The notes under the pieces: generated by a model
What the model was told of the DNA's origin: nothing
The model's input: only the letters and a program-made list of their open reading frames with translations
The model's database searches: none
Shown: positions 1 to 11,683 of the stretch, piece by piece
Position numbering within the stretch: position 1 is the stretch's first letter
How the letters are laid out: every line of letters begins with the position of its first letter
Program-made: the position numbers and the translations under genes
Assembly: GCA_964549075.1 (NCBI GenBank)
Contig: CAZJUB010000001.1
Span: 42,610-106,609, forward strand
Reading direction: 5' to 3'
Source: an uncultured archaeon
GTDB lineage: Archaea; Asgardarchaeota; Heimdallarchaeia; Heimdallarchaeales; Heimdallarchaeaceae
Length of the DNA: 64,000 nt

Positions 1-406
1 CGTTATAACTATGTTTGAAGCTGGAACTCATGTTGAACTTACAATGCTTCTAATACCTTCTCTTAATGATAATCCTGAAGAGATAAAATCTTTTGCAGAA
101 TGGGTTAAAGACAATCTCAATACAAAAGTTCCTGTTCATTTTAGCAGGTTTTATCCACACTACAAACTTCAACACATTCCTCCTACTCCTGTAGAAACTA
201 TTCTTAATGCAAAGAAAATTGCTGAGGAAATTGGTATACAATATGTCTATACAGGTAACTTACCTTATTCAGAGATTAATACAACATTTTGTCAACATTG
301 TAAATCAACTCTAGTTGAACGAGTTTATTATAATGTAAAAATCAAACAGTTAGGTAAAGATGGTAAATGCAGAAAATGTGGTGAACCATCAGATATTCGA
401 GTGTAA
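1..406 (+). CDS. amrS: AmmeMemoRadiSam-type (PflA-like) radical SAM enzyme, C-terminal part (runs off window start)
   Basis: Frame open from base 2. HVELTMLLIPSLND, PVHFSRFYPHYKL, YVYTGN and C-terminal CxxC...CxxC match this family's C-terminus. Confidence 0.8.
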   Translation, partial: VITMFEAGTHVELTMLLIPSLNDNPEEIKSFAEWVKDNLNTKVPVHFSRFYPHYKLQHIPPTPVETILNAKKIAEEIGIQYVYTGNLPYSEINTTFCQHCKSTLVERVYYNVKIKQLGKDGKCRKCGEPSDIRV

Positions 407-468
407 TTAAACACTTTATTGTTGTCGTATAACTACCCTTATATGGCAATAGAAAAACGAAGAAACGT

Positions 469-1863
469 ATGTTAGACACCTTAGAAGAAATTATAAATAA
501 GATTCAACTTTCTAATAGAGATTTTCTCGATATTCGTTATGGTTATGCAATGGGAGAATCTTTTACAGTAAGAAATGGAAGGTTTGATAGTGTAAGTAAT
601 CAAACAACAGGAGGGATAGCTGTAAGAGCTTTAATTGACAATTTCTGGGGTTTTACAACAATTGTGAAAACGGATAGAGAATCTATCCTCAAAGCTGTTA
701 ATAAAGCAATGAAAATGGCTCGTGCAGGATCCAAATATACAAAACAAGAAAGAATTATTGGTGACGATTGGGTTTTTGAGGGAAGTGGTTCGACAAAAAT
801 CGAAATTGATCCACGTGAGATAGACAAAGAAACAAAGTTCGATAAGATAGTACAGACAGAAAAAACTGCACGAGAATATTCAGATTCGATAGTAGAAGCT
901 TCCTCATCTTATCAAGAATCGCATAGCAAAGAAATCATTGTAAATAATAAAGGAACTAAAGTTAGCAATGAGACACATGTTATAAGATTAATTAAAAACA
1001 TTGTTGGGAGACAAGGAGTAAAAATGCAAAATGTATTCGATTCCACTGGAGGAGCTGGTGGATGGGAACTAGTTGAAAAATGGGACCCTGAGAAAGAAGG
1101 ATTAAAATCTGCAATTTTAGTTGAAAAATTGTTGATGGCTAGAGAACCACCTTCAGGAAAGATGAACATCATAATGGATCCATCATTAACAGGAGTTTTT
1201 ATCCATGAAGCTTTTGGTCACGCTTGTGAAGCTGATGGGATTATTGCTAAGAACTCGATTCTAGAAGGAAAGATGAACAAACAAGTAGGTGTTGAAGGGA
1301 TAAATGTATATGATGATCCTACTATTCCTAACTTAAGAGGATCCTTTGAATATGATTCAGAAGGTACAAAAGCACGAAAAAGAACCTTAGTTGAGAATGG
1401 GATTTTAAAAGAATATTTCCACACCTTAGAAACAGCAACAGCATTAGGAATGGAGCCTAATGGATCTGGAAGAGCAATGAATTTCAATGTAGCTCCTCAA
1501 GCTCGAATGGGAAATACCTATGTAGATAATGGAGATATGACCTTAGATGAGATCGCAGAAATTACTAAAAATGGCGTTTATCTCAAAGATTCTTATGGTG
1601 GATATGTTGTTCCAGCTAAAGGACAATTTTATTTCACATGTCAATTAGGTTATTTTATTGAAAATGGAGAGATCTCTGATATGATGGGTAACGTAGGAAT
1701 GTCAGGTATGACACTTGAGGTCTTACAGAACACTTATGCTATAGGAAAAGAGTGGGAACCAGCCTTTGAAGGTACTTGTGGGAAAGGAGGACAATGGGTA
1801 CCTGTAATTGGTGGAGGGCCAAATTTAGGTGTTTCAGATTTAGTAGTTGGAGGTACAAATTGA
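469..1863 (+). CDS. tldD: TldD family metalloprotease
   Basis: HEAFGHACEAD zinc motif, DDPT, FEYDSEG, GSGRA, RMGNT, CGKGGQ. Confidence 0.93.
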   Translation: MLDTLEEIINKIQLSNRDFLDIRYGYAMGESFTVRNGRFDSVSNQTTGGIAVRALIDNFWGFTTIVKTDRESILKAVNKAMKMARAGSKYTKQERIIGDDWVFEGSGSTKIEIDPREIDKETKFDKIVQTEKTAREYSDSIVEASSSYQESHSKEIIVNNKGTKVSNETHVIRLIKNIVGRQGVKMQNVFDSTGGAGGWELVEKWDPEKEGLKSAILVEKLLMAREPPSGKMNIIMDPSLTGVFIHEAFGHACEADGIIAKNSILEGKMNKQVGVEGINVYDDPTIPNLRGSFEYDSEGTKARKRTLVENGILKEYFHTLETATALGMEPNGSGRAMNFNVAPQARMGNTYVDNGDMTLDEIAEITKNGVYLKDSYGGYVVPAKGQFYFTCQLGYFIENGEISDMMGNVGMSGMTLEVLQNTYAIGKEWEPAFEGTCGKGGQWVPVIGGGPNLGVSDLVVGGTN

Positions 1864-3212
1864 TGTCATTTGATGATAATCTTCACGAGTTAGCAGAATT
1901 TGTAGTAAATCATGGTTTATCCTTAGGTGCAGATCAAGTAGAAGCTTACACACTTTATGGTTCAGCAAAAAGCGTTCAAGTAGAAAGAGGAGCTATAAGA
2001 AGATTTACAGATATCAGTAATTCCGGTTTAGGTATACGAATAATTAAAAATAAGTCTCTTGGGATGGCTTCTACTACTATTTTTACGAGAGAAAGTATTG
2101 AGAATTGTGTAAAAGACGCTTATGAACTAGCTCAAGTTAGCCCTCCTGATCCAAACTTTAATTCATTACCATTTGATGATAAACCATCACCTGATATTCT
2201 AGATAGATTTGATCAAGCAGTCGTTGATATTGATGTTGAAGAATTTACAGAAATGATACTACAATCTATCCAACAAGCTCAAATTACAGATGATGCAATA
2301 ATAAGCGGGAATTTTACCACAGGTTATGGAAAGAGATTTATTATTAATTCTCAGGGAATTGATAGAACCTCAACACAATCATCAGTAGGTGGTTATTTAG
2401 GTGTAAAAATAGAGGAAGGCGATGACATTGGTAATGCGTATTATTATGATGCATCTACTGTACTTTCCAAATTTAAGTATGAAGAAATTGGAAAAGTCGC
2501 AGGAGAAAGAGCTAAAAAAATGCTTGGATCTAAAAAAATAGATACAGCTATTCTTCCAGTTTTACTTGATCCTGATAGTACATATGGTACAATCGAGCCA
2601 ATACTTGCGAATGGGATTAATGCCTTTAGTGTTTTCAATAAAACAGCATTCTTTGTAGATAAAATTGGTGATAAGATTGCTGATGATAAACTAAACATTT
2701 CTGATGATCCTTTCTATCCTGGTGGAACAGATTCAGCACCATTTGATGATGAAGGCGTTGTACCTCAAAAACTAAAATTAGTCGAAAATGGCATTCTCCA
2801 AACATATATCACAGACTCTTATACAGCTCCATTAGTAGGTTTAGAAAATACTGGTCATGCTTCAAGAAGTTCTTTTTCGTCTGGACCAAGACCTGCACCA
2901 TATACACTCAATATAGCACCTGGTGAGATTTCTAAAGATAATTTGCTAGAAGAATTAAAAGAAGGTATTCTTTTGATAGGATCTCCGATAGGTTCTAGAG
3001 GAAGTAATCCTCAGATTTCTGCACAGATTAATCAAGGATTTTTTGTGAAAAATGGTGAAATACTGTATCCTGTGAAAAATACTGTTATTGGAAGCACAGT
3101 ATTTGACATCTATAATAAGATAGAAAATCTGAGTAAAGAAACTGAAAATCGCAATGGTCATCAAGCACCTTGGATGTTACTCAAAGACTTAAAAATAAGT
3201 GGAGGTAAATAA
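1863..3212 (+). CDS. pmbA: PmbA/TldE family protein
   Basis: PFDDEG, ENGIL, TGHASR, no HExxH. Start placed at ATG 1863, overlapping the tldD stop (TGATG). Confidence 0.9.
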   Translation: MSFDDNLHELAEFVVNHGLSLGADQVEAYTLYGSAKSVQVERGAIRRFTDISNSGLGIRIIKNKSLGMASTTIFTRESIENCVKDAYELAQVSPPDPNFNSLPFDDKPSPDILDRFDQAVVDIDVEEFTEMILQSIQQAQITDDAIISGNFTTGYGKRFIINSQGIDRTSTQSSVGGYLGVKIEEGDDIGNAYYYDASTVLSKFKYEEIGKVAGERAKKMLGSKKIDTAILPVLLDPDSTYGTIEPILANGINAFSVFNKTAFFVDKIGDKIADDKLNISDDPFYPGGTDSAPFDDEGVVPQKLKLVENGILQTYITDSYTAPLVGLENTGHASRSSFSSGPRPAPYTLNIAPGEISKDNLLEELKEGILLIGSPIGSRGSNPQISAQINQGFFVKNGEILYPVKNTVIGSTVFDIYNKIENLSKETENRNGHQAPWMLLKDLKISGGK

Positions 3213-3272
3213 CCTCTTTTTCTCTTTTTCTTCCGGAAAAGTATTTAATCATAACAAATTAAAGAGGATATA

Positions 3273-4157
3273 ATGTCAAAAGTAAACCTATCTACAATCG
3301 CAAATATTCTCTCAATAGGCGTTAATGCTTTACTTATTATACTTAAACTACTAATAGGTTTTATCTTTGGTTCAATAAGTCTTATAGCTGATGGTTTTGA
3401 TTCTGTTCTGGATATTGTATCTGCAACCGTAGCTGGAATAGGTGAGAGAATTAGTAGAAAACCACCAGATGAAGATCATCCTTTTGGGCATCAAAAATTT
3501 CAACAAATATCTAGTTTGGTAATAGTATTTACTATGGTTGTATCATCCTATTTTATAGCAGAAGAATCGATTAAGCGTTTAATAAGTGCAATTCCTTACA
3601 AATTAGAGATATGGATATTGATAGCTGCAATAATATCATTAGTAGCGAAATTAAGCATCTCATTGGCTTTATTAAAGATTGGTAAAAGGATACAATCACC
3701 AGTCTATGTTGCAAATGCAAAAAACTACAGAACAGATGCTATAGCTTCAGTTTTTGTTATTATTGCTTATATTGGTACTCAATTTGATGTTTGGTGGTTA
3801 GATCCAGCATGTGCATTTGTTATAGTAGCCCTGATTCTTTATACAGGATATGAAATTTCAAAAATGTCTTTACCTGAATTATTAGATAAAGGACCTTCAG
3901 AAGAGGTAAAAGAAGAACTCAGACAAATTGTACTCTCTTTTCCAGAAGTGAAAGAAGTTCATATAATCCGATTACGTTCGGTATTAGGTATGTTTACTGG
4001 TGATTTCCATATTTTGGTAGAACCTAGATTATCAATTCGTAAAGCTCATGAAATATCTGAAAAGGTAAAAACAAAACTTGAGTCTAGTGGCCAGTTCAGA
4101 GATCTTGTAATACATATCGAACCTTTTACTCCAGAAGAACTAATGGAAGCAGATTAA
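3273..4157 (+). CDS. Cation diffusion facilitator (FieF-like) transporter
   Basis: SLIADGFDS, PPDEDHPFGH, six TM segments, C-terminal dimerisation domain ending IHIEP. Confidence 0.92.
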   Translation: MSKVNLSTIANILSIGVNALLIILKLLIGFIFGSISLIADGFDSVLDIVSATVAGIGERISRKPPDEDHPFGHQKFQQISSLVIVFTMVVSSYFIAEESIKRLISAIPYKLEIWILIAAIISLVAKLSISLALLKIGKRIQSPVYVANAKNYRTDAIASVFVIIAYIGTQFDVWWLDPACAFVIVALILYTGYEISKMSLPELLDKGPSEEVKEELRQIVLSFPEVKEVHIIRLRSVLGMFTGDFHILVEPRLSIRKAHEISEKVKTKLESSGQFRDLVIHIEPFTPEELMEAD

Positions 4158-4621
4158 TTTTCTGATAAGGATCTTTTCTTTCTTTTCCAAGCAGTTAATA
4201 TAAAACCAAGCTCTCCGCTATGTTGATTAAGATGAAAGATGTATTCATATAACCAATCTTCCACAGAGATAGTATAATCTTTGTAATTTCTCATTTCCTC
4301 CAACTGACTATCATCTAGTTTGGAGAGGTTATCTTCTGCCATTATGACCATTTTATCATATTCTTCAATCAACTCTTCCAACATCAAACTATCAGATTTA
4401 TCTTCAAAATGAAAACTCTCTTTGTCATTTTTTATGATTACATTAACAATCCAGATTTGATCATGTATAATATGCTTAATTATCCATTCTGATGAATACA
4501 TTAGATCAGTTACTTTCCAATCTAAGATATCTTCAGGTAAATGTACTAAATATTCGCGGAATGCTGCATGAGATTTCTTAATTAAATCGAGGTAGAATGA
4601 TGTTTTCTGATTTGGAGACAT
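4154..4621 (-). CDS. DinB family protein
   Basis: Four-helix size with IIKHI and HLNQHSGEL histidine motifs. Confidence 0.75.
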   Translation of the reverse strand: MSPNQKTSFYLDLIKKSHAAFREYLVHLPEDILDWKVTDLMYSSEWIIKHIIHDQIWIVNVIIKNDKESFHFEDKSDSLMLEELIEEYDKMVIMAEDNLSKLDDSQLEEMRNYKDYTISVEDWLYEYIFHLNQHSGELGFILTAWKRKKRSLSEN

Positions 4622-4722
4622 AATGAGAAATGGAGAGATATCTTCTATTTAAGATATAGCTTCTATTTAAATTTCAATTCTTGCTGAAAGATTTTTATTT
4701 AGGGTATAATAATAATAGCTGA

Positions 4723-6078
4723 ATGAGAAGTTTAAATTTAAACACTGATGTTCTAATTGTTGGGGCAGGACCTGCAGGCGTAAGTTTAGCAATTAATTTA
4801 GGAAAGAGAAACATCTCTACAATTTTAGTTGATCAAAAACCAAAAAATCGAATTGGATACAAACCTTGCGGTGATGCATTATCTCCAAATTCCACAAGAA
4901 AACTTTATGAATTCTGTGGGATAAAACAACCTTATGGAGACGAGATATCAGAAAACTTAAAAACAGCTCATTTTCGTCCAGTAAGCGATTTTGAACTCTC
5001 TTTAAATTTTAAATCTCAAACTATCGACCGTTTAAAATATGGACAACGACTCATTAATTCCCTCAAAGATTATCCTTGGATAGAACTCAAACCTGAACAT
5101 AAGGTAATTGGTACACTAATTCAAGAAAATAATGTCGCTGGATGTAAGATTAGACAGAAAGATGGAAAGAAAATAAATATTTATGCTAAGATTACAGTGG
5201 ATTGTTCTGGGATTACTGGCATTGTAAGAAGAGGAATACTTGATACTGTTTGTGATAAATTTCCTAAAAAATTGAAAAACTCAGAGACAATTGTATCTTA
5301 TAGAGAGATTATTGAAACAGATGATCCTCACGAATATCAAAATCAGATGAGGATAGAATATCATGATGAAATGCCACCTCCGGGATACTTCTGGATTTTC
5401 TCTAAAGGAGAACGCAAGTTAAATGTAGGCGTCGGTTGGTTATTGAATGAGGATAACAAAAAAGCTAATGTAAAAGCCATTCTCGAGATTATACGAAAAA
5501 AGATTTTTCCAAATGCCACAATTCTAGATGCAGCAGGAGACACTTTACCAGGTAGGTTACCGCTCTATTCTATGGTTTGTAACGGTTTCTTAACTTGTGG
5601 AGACGCAGCAACTCTTGTAAATCCAATTTCTGGAGAAGGCCATGGTCCAGCATTATTAAGTGCGTATTATGCTACAGATGTTATCGAGAAAGCTATCAGG
5701 AACAATGATTGCAGTGAACGAGCATTGTGGGAATATAACTTCAAGATATGGGATTACTACGGATATGAAGGAGGATTGGGGATCGCTGTTCACAAACTAC
5801 TTGCTACTGTTCCTTTCAGTGATTTCTCTTTCCTTTTCGAGAAAGGCATTATTTCACAAGAAGATCTAGATGCTATAATGAGTTCTACATCTGTAAAACT
5901 ACCTATTTTACAAAAAGTAATCAAAGGAATGAGAAAACCAAAATTATTAATTAAAGTAGCTAAAGGATTATTGCTTTCAGAAAAGATAAAAAAACTCTCA
6001 AAACATTATCCTAAAAGTCCTGAGAAATTCTACAGATGGAAAAAGAAAATAGAGAAAATAGAAAGAAAAAAACTTTAG
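4723..6078 (+). CDS. Geranylgeranyl reductase family flavoprotein (DGGGPL reductase-like)
   Basis: GAGPAG, KPCGDA, PPGYFWIF, GDAA...NPISGEG. Confidence 0.88.
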   Translation: MRSLNLNTDVLIVGAGPAGVSLAINLGKRNISTILVDQKPKNRIGYKPCGDALSPNSTRKLYEFCGIKQPYGDEISENLKTAHFRPVSDFELSLNFKSQTIDRLKYGQRLINSLKDYPWIELKPEHKVIGTLIQENNVAGCKIRQKDGKKINIYAKITVDCSGITGIVRRGILDTVCDKFPKKLKNSETIVSYREIIETDDPHEYQNQMRIEYHDEMPPPGYFWIFSKGERKLNVGVGWLLNEDNKKANVKAILEIIRKKIFPNATILDAAGDTLPGRLPLYSMVCNGFLTCGDAATLVNPISGEGHGPALLSAYYATDVIEKAIRNNDCSERALWEYNFKIWDYYGYEGGLGIAVHKLLATVPFSDFSFLFEKGIISQEDLDAIMSSTSVKLPILQKVIKGMRKPKLLIKVAKGLLLSEKIKKLSKHYPKSPEKFYRWKKKIEKIERKKL

Positions 6079-7946
6079 GTAACAACTATTTTTCCGTCAC
6101 CAATCTTAATCAACCTATCACATGTCTCTGCAATACTTTTATCATGTGTAACTAGTATCACAGCTGTACCTTGTTCTCTTGCGAATCTGCTAATCAAATC
6201 AATAACAACCTTTCCAGTTTGAGAGTCAAGATCCCCAGTTGGTTCATCTGCAAAGATTATAGCTGGGTTGTTTATCATTGCACGGGCAATTGTAACTCTT
6301 TGCATTTGTCCTCCCGATAGTTTAATTGGATATTGGTTTTTAAAACGTTCAAGACCAACTTCTTCTATTAGTTCTATTGCTCTCTTTCTTACTTCTCTTT
6401 TCGGTGTTCTTATCATCAATCCTGGAAGCATAACATTTTCTAGAACAGTCAATTGAGGAACGAGATTATAATATTGAAAAATAAATCCCATATTTTTTCT
6501 TCGGAACATAGAAATTGCTGAATCAGTCATTGTTTCGAGATTTGTTCCAAGTAGAAATACTGCTCCACGATTTGGTGAATCTAGTCCAGATAAAAGGTTT
6601 AGAAGCGTTGTTTTTCCACTTCCAGAAGGTCCAATAATTGCAACCATCTCTCCCTTTCTGATTTCTATATCTACACCTCGTAAAGCATATACAGTTGAAC
6701 CTACGAGTCTATAAGTTTTAAAGAGTGATACTCCTTTAAGTATAGAATCTTCATCTACATCAAGCTTCTTTCGTGTTTCAATGCTAACATCACTAGGAAC
6801 AGATTGAAAATATGCTAGATCCCTAAATTTATCTGCATAGTATTTTAGTAATTGAATCTCAGTTAGAGTCTGTGTAAAAATATCAGATAGATATTCGATT
6901 TGATCTATTTCTTTTTCAGGTAAATCTTTGTACTTATTAATAGTGTTCAATAATTCACGAAATATTTTTTTAACATTCATTTGAAGATGATTTAAACGAG
7001 CTGTCAAGTCTTCACACTGTGTCAATGATTCAACCAACATCAAATAATCCATTAAAGGATTATAATCTAAATTTTCAACTTCTATTCTTAGCTCTTTTGT
7101 AACTTCGGAAACTCTTCTAAGTTGTTTTAAGATCACTGAAATAGATTGTTGTGTAGAGGATAATAAACCAAAAATAACTCTTATAGTTCTCCAAAGCTTA
7201 TCACTCATTTGTTCTTCTAGTAATTGAATGTTATTTTTGTCAAGAACTAAATTCCCTAGAAGATCAATTGCAACTTCATTTGATTCCAAGATTGGTTTAA
7301 GATTAGTAGCACAAGTTTTACCAAATTGAGCTATAAGAAGATTTTCTGCAATGGTTCGCAACGAAACACCCGATGTCTTATCGTTAATATCACGTTTTAA
7401 GATAAAATCAGGTAGCATGATTATATCTGGAAAGTCATCAGGAAAGTCCCATATGATTAAGAAGGTATTCTGAAGAACATCACTAACTCGTTCTATGACT
7501 CTATCATCAATGTCTTCTGTTTTCTTTGATATTTCAGAAATAATTTCTTTACTTGTAGAAGATCCCGAACTTTTAACTAAATTTGCTAAAATATTAGTGA
7601 TATCTTTTATTTCTACATTTTTCCTAATTGCTTTTGAATATTTATTACATTCATTATTACAGTAGGTATGGATAATTGTTTCAAGCTCTTGCATCAAATT
7701 TTTTCTTTGTTCACTTGATTCAACTGAACTGAGAGGGATATTGCACCTTACAAAAAGAAAAGAATTAACCTCAAGAAATTCTAATGAACCAGACTTAGTA
7801 GAAGAAACAAATTTCTTCAAGATTTTTTTAATTTTTCGAACTAAAGTATTAAAAGAATCTCTATCAAGCTTGTTAATAAGAACACCCATTGTCATCTTAG
7901 CAAATTGCTCTTGAAGTTGAGTCTTTTTAATTTCTGAATCAGCCAT
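6075..7946 (-). CDS. LolD/MacB-type ABC ATPase with a long N-terminal helical extension
   Basis: C-terminal [23 protein letters not shown] and VTHD. Start placed at ATG 7946 after a GGTGA Shine-Dalgarno. Confidence 0.85.
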   Translation of the reverse strand: MADSEIKKTQLQEQFAKMTMGVLINKLDRDSFNTLVRKIKKILKKFVSSTKSGSLEFLEVNSFLFVRCNIPLSSVESSEQRKNLMQELETIIHTYCNNECNKYSKAIRKNVEIKDITNILANLVKSSGSSTSKEIISEISKKTEDIDDRVIERVSDVLQNTFLIIWDFPDDFPDIIMLPDFILKRDINDKTSGVSLRTIAENLLIAQFGKTCATNLKPILESNEVAIDLLGNLVLDKNNIQLLEEQMSDKLWRTIRVIFGLLSSTQQSISVILKQLRRVSEVTKELRIEVENLDYNPLMDYLMLVESLTQCEDLTARLNHLQMNVKKIFRELLNTINKYKDLPEKEIDQIEYLSDIFTQTLTEIQLLKYYADKFRDLAYFQSVPSDVSIETRKKLDVDEDSILKGVSLFKTYRLVGSTVYALRGVDIEIRKGEMVAIIGPSGSGKTTLLNLLSGLDSPNRGAVFLLGTNLETMTDSAISMFRRKNMGFIFQYYNLVPQLTVLENVMLPGLMIRTPKREVRKRAIELIEEVGLERFKNQYPIKLSGGQMQRVTIARAMINNPAIIFADEPTGDLDSQTGKVVIDLISRFAREQGTAVILVTHDKSIAETCDRLIKIGDGKIVVT

Positions 7947-8658
7947 TTTTTTCATCACCTTGATTAACAATCTCTCCATCCACTATTCGTATAATGCGAT
8001 GACAGAAAGAAGCGATATATTCAGAATGTGTAACAACAAGAAATGTCTGTTTATAATTTTCATTAATTGAAACAAACAAATTCATTATCTCAGTAGAAGT
8101 ATCTTGATCCAAGTCACCAGTAGGTTCATCACCAAGAATAATTGCAGGATTCATTAGAAGTGCTCGTGATACTGCTACTCTTTGTTGTTCACCTCCACTA
8201 AGTTCATTTGGTAAATGATATATTTTATCTCCAAGACCCATCTGTCTAAGCATCATTTTTGCTTCTTCTTCAGCTTCTAACCTTGAGATATCAGTAAGAA
8301 GTAAAGGGAGAACCGTATTATCTAGAGCAGTTAGGAAATCAAATAGATTAAACAATTGAAAGATATAACCAATATTATTCAATCGAAATTCTGTCATTTC
8401 TATATCGGATAATTCGTTAACATCTTGACCTTGGATGAATATTGTTCCTTCGGTAGGTTGATCTATTCCACCTAAAAGGTTTAAAAGTGTAGTTTTTCCA
8501 CAGCCAGATGGTCCCATGATTGCGACCATCTCTCCTTTTCTTATCTCGATATCAATTCCTCTTAAGGCATGAACTTCCATCGGGGTATCTTTTGCATATA
8601 TCTTATGCAAATTTTTAGTCTTTAGGATTATTTCCTCAGCAACATTCTTAACCGACAT
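7939..8658 (-). CDS. LolD/MacB-type ABC ATP-binding protein
   Basis: GPSGCGKT, LSGGEQQR, GDEPTG, VTH. Confidence 0.95.
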   Translation of the reverse strand: MSVKNVAEEIILKTKNLHKIYAKDTPMEVHALRGIDIEIRKGEMVAIMGPSGCGKTTLLNLLGGIDQPTEGTIFIQGQDVNELSDIEMTEFRLNNIGYIFQLFNLFDFLTALDNTVLPLLLTDISRLEAEEEAKMMLRQMGLGDKIYHLPNELSGGEQQRVAVSRALLMNPAIILGDEPTGDLDQDTSTEIMNLFVSINENYKQTFLVVTHSEYIASFCHRIIRIVDGEIVNQGDEKNG

Positions 8659-11600
8659 ATCTTATAGCCTCCGCTGGAGTTATTTGACTTGCTCTTATAC
8701 CTGGTATTATTGAAGCTATTAGAGCTATACCTACCATAATTCCCGTATAAAGTAACAACTTAGTTAGTGGAAGTATCAATCTCCAATTGTAGATGTTTGA
8801 GAAGGACCAGCCAAGGATTAGACTGTTAATGAAACCCATTATCAAACCTAAAATTGCGAGTATGAATAATTCTAACATTATGGTTCCTATAATTTGCTGT
8901 TTTTTGAAACCAATTGCTCGCATCATTCCAATTTCTCTTCTTCTTTCTGAAATGTTTCTTACTGCAATAATTATCATCCCCAACGCTCCAACTACTAATC
9001 CAAATCCAACGAAATATTCTAAAAATGCAAATGTCTTCACTTGGAAATCCACCATATCTAACATCTCATTCCAATATGCATCTGCATCTGCAGCTACAAA
9101 ATCTTCATTTTGAACCAACACAGAATCTTTTCCATTTAGATATTCCTCAATATTTTTTGATAGAACATAATTTTGATTAGATCTAAAATCATATGAAGTT
9201 TTGACAAGAAATCTTGTGTATTTAGGATATAGCGCAAAATTATTTCTCAATATTGGATAGAAATCTGGTGTTATCAACAAGCTTGGAAGTCCCGAACCAA
9301 AAGCAAATGGGTATTGCATGACAGAAGCTAATACAATTACTTGTCTAGGAGCATAACCTAAACCATGTAGATTGAAAACATGTCCTGGTCGAAGAATTGG
9401 AGTGGTGGAAATTACAGTTTCATAGCCATTTTCGTTATCTATATAACCTTCTGCGTTAAATTTGGTTCTGTTGTAGAAGAAATCCCAAATCTCATGACTA
9501 TAGTCTCTTTGGTATTGTTCAGAAGCAGCAGGTTTGTATTGTTTTGTAAATTCAGCAATTGATTGTTCGAATATAAAATCAAAAATGTATTCCGTTCCAT
9601 TTTTGAAAGTATTATTATATAGCATATCTATTCTTGCTGGAAGGATTTCAGATGGAATTTCAAATTCAAATCCTTCAACTTGCGTGATATAAGTAATAGT
9701 GGAATTTATACCTTTAACATAGGTTATAGCACTATCAACATCATAAAGATCTCTTTCTATATCAACTAGGGAAGAATTTGCGATAGGAGTATCAAGATCG
9801 ATATTAATAGCTGCTCCACCACTATAAAATTCAGCTGATTCTAACGTATTATAGGAGTACGTAGATTGATAAATGCCTGCAAAAATATTCATTGTTAATA
9901 CTAAAGCAAAGATACCAAATGTTAAGGTACTTCGCATAGACTTAGATGTCATATATTTGCTTGATATTAGTGATACTCCTTTTTTCAAACGAGTTCGATA
10001 CAACAGATTTCTTAATGAGTTGGTTACTGCTGCTAAATTAACTCCAACCACAATTATTGATCCTAAAGCTAATACAACTGCTAAAGTTGCAAGAATCTTA
10101 GTATTTTCTGTAACCTCTTTTAATGATGATAATGAAGTTAATAGCATAACTATTGCAATACCCATAAATGTAAGTCCTATACCATTCCCCATTATTTTCT
10201 TCGAGAATAGATAACCCAATATAAGACTAATTCCTATGAGAATGGCAGCAGAAGCTCCCATAAACATCCACTGCTCTAAAGCTGTATCCCATCCAGATGC
10301 TACAAAAAACGAACCATAAAGTAAGTATTGAGATACAAAGATACCTATACCACCTACAATAAAAGTTAATCCTAAACCGAGTGAGAAATTACCTGTTCTT
10401 TTTGGTTTAACTTTCTTTATTCCTCTGATAACTTCAATTACGTCCACTCTAGCAGCTCTTATCGCAGGGAATATTCCAGCTCCTACTGATAAAATAAGAC
10501 CGAGAACAACTGAATAGATAATAGATGCACCCGTTACTGTAGGTTGTAAATTAATTACTCCTTCGAAGAAAGTTTGACCTATTTGATAGACTAAGAAAAC
10601 AGACATTCCATACCCTCCAGCTACACCTAAAAGTGATCCAAATATCCCAAGTACAACTGATTCAATAAGAAAGAGACTAACAATTTCTCTACGTCTAGAA
10701 CCTATCGCTCTTAAGATTCCTAATTGTGAAATTCTATCTTCAACTTGAATTAGTTGAATATTGACCAAAAGGAGGATACCTGCAAAAATGATCAATGCCC
10801 CAAAAAGGTTGAAAGCAAGGAGTACATCCCCTAAAATTTGATCCGAAGTTTCAAGTATTAATGCTCTAAATGCTATGATTACAAGGCTATTTGCTTCTGC
10901 ATTCAATAAATCTTTTAATTCCAGTTCTACTTGTTTTGCGTAATCATTATCTACCGGATTTAATTTGTGATTAGCACTTAATGCAATATTAATCTCTGTA
11001 CATTCATTAGAATTCAAACCTATAATTGAACGTAAATTATCAATACTGGTCCAAATAGCCCTTCCCCCTAATTCTTTTCCTTTGCCTTCTTCTGCTACAA
11101 AACCTACAACCTGCAAATCAAAAGTCTTATACTCATATTGAAAGGTTCCATTAGTATTTAATTCGCCAATACGTATTTTAATAATTGATCCTGTAGTAAC
11201 ATTGAGATCTTCTTGCAGACTAGCTCCTAAAAGAACTTGGGTTTCATTTAAGAAGTAATTTTGAAGTTCACTCTGGGTTATTTCAGTATTATTTTCATCA
11301 TAGAAGTTTCCAAACACAGGATCTTCATTTAATTCGATTCCCACAAAATTTATCCCTTTTTCAAGATCACCAGTTTCTAAATTATATACAGCAACATCTT
11401 GCGTTACTCTGGCATTCATAGCTGCAATAGTAATATTAGATTGTTCAATTTCATCCATAATATTTGTGTAATTTTGGATTGGAAGAGCAAATCCACTGAT
11501 TATAATATCATTTTCACCTATTGCATCTACAAAGAAATCCAAAGCTTCAGCAGTAAAACTTGTAATTGTAATCTGAACACCAACCATTAAAGAGACTCCA

Positions 11601-11683
11601 AGAGAAATAGCTATCAACGTACCAATATTTTTACCAAGTCGTCGTTTGAATGTTTTTTGGAATAGATTTGTGATGTAGCTCAT
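8648..11683 (-). CDS. FtsX/MacB-like ABC permease (duplicated architecture)
   Basis: Two motifs of the type (D/E)RxxxxGx(L/M)RAIG, two large extracellular loops rich in NxS/T sites, multiple TM helices. Confidence 0.92.
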   Translation of the reverse strand: MSYITNLFQKTFKRRLGKNIGTLIAISLGVSLMVGVQITITSFTAEALDFFVDAIGENDIIISGFALPIQNYTNIMDEIEQSNITIAAMNARVTQDVAVYNLETGDLEKGINFVGIELNEDPVFGNFYDENNTEITQSELQNYFLNETQVLLGASLQEDLNVTTGSIIKIRIGELNTNGTFQYEYKTFDLQVVGFVAEEGKGKELGGRAIWTSIDNLRSIIGLNSNECTEINIALSANHKLNPVDNDYAKQVELELKDLLNAEANSLVIIAFRALILETSDQILGDVLLAFNLFGALIIFAGILLLVNIQLIQVEDRISQLGILRAIGSRRREIVSLFLIESVVLGIFGSLLGVAGGYGMSVFLVYQIGQTFFEGVINLQPTVTGASIIYSVVLGLILSVGAGIFPAIRAARVDVIEVIRGIKKVKPKRTGNFSLGLGLTFIVGGIGIFVSQYLLYGSFFVASGWDTALEQWMFMGASAAILIGISLILGYLFSKKIMGNGIGLTFMGIAIVMLLTSLSSLKEVTENTKILATLAVVLALGSIIVVGVNLAAVTNSLRNLLYRTRLKKGVSLISSKYMTSKSMRSTLTFGIFALVLTMNIFAGIYQSTYSYNTLESAEFYSGGAAINIDLDTPIANSSLVDIERDLYDVDSAITYVKGINSTITYITQVEGFEFEIPSEILPARIDMLYNNTFKNGTEYIFDFIFEQSIAEFTKQYKPAASEQYQRDYSHEIWDFFYNRTKFNAEGYIDNENGYETVISTTPILRPGHVFNLHGLGYAPRQVIVLASVMQYPFAFGSGLPSLLITPDFYPILRNNFALYPKYTRFLVKTSYDFRSNQNYVLSKNIEEYLNGKDSVLVQNEDFVAADADAYWNEMLDMVDFQVKTFAFLEYFVGFGLVVGALGMIIIAVRNISERRREIGMMRAIGFKKQQIIGTIMLELFILAILGLIMGFINSLILGWSFSNIYNWRLILPLTKLLLYTGIMVGIALIASIIPGIRASQITPAEAIRYVG

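Noticed and set aside
1776-1862. Extended start of the PmbA ORF
   Set aside because: It lies inside tldD. The TGATG overlap at 1861-1865 is the more plausible start.
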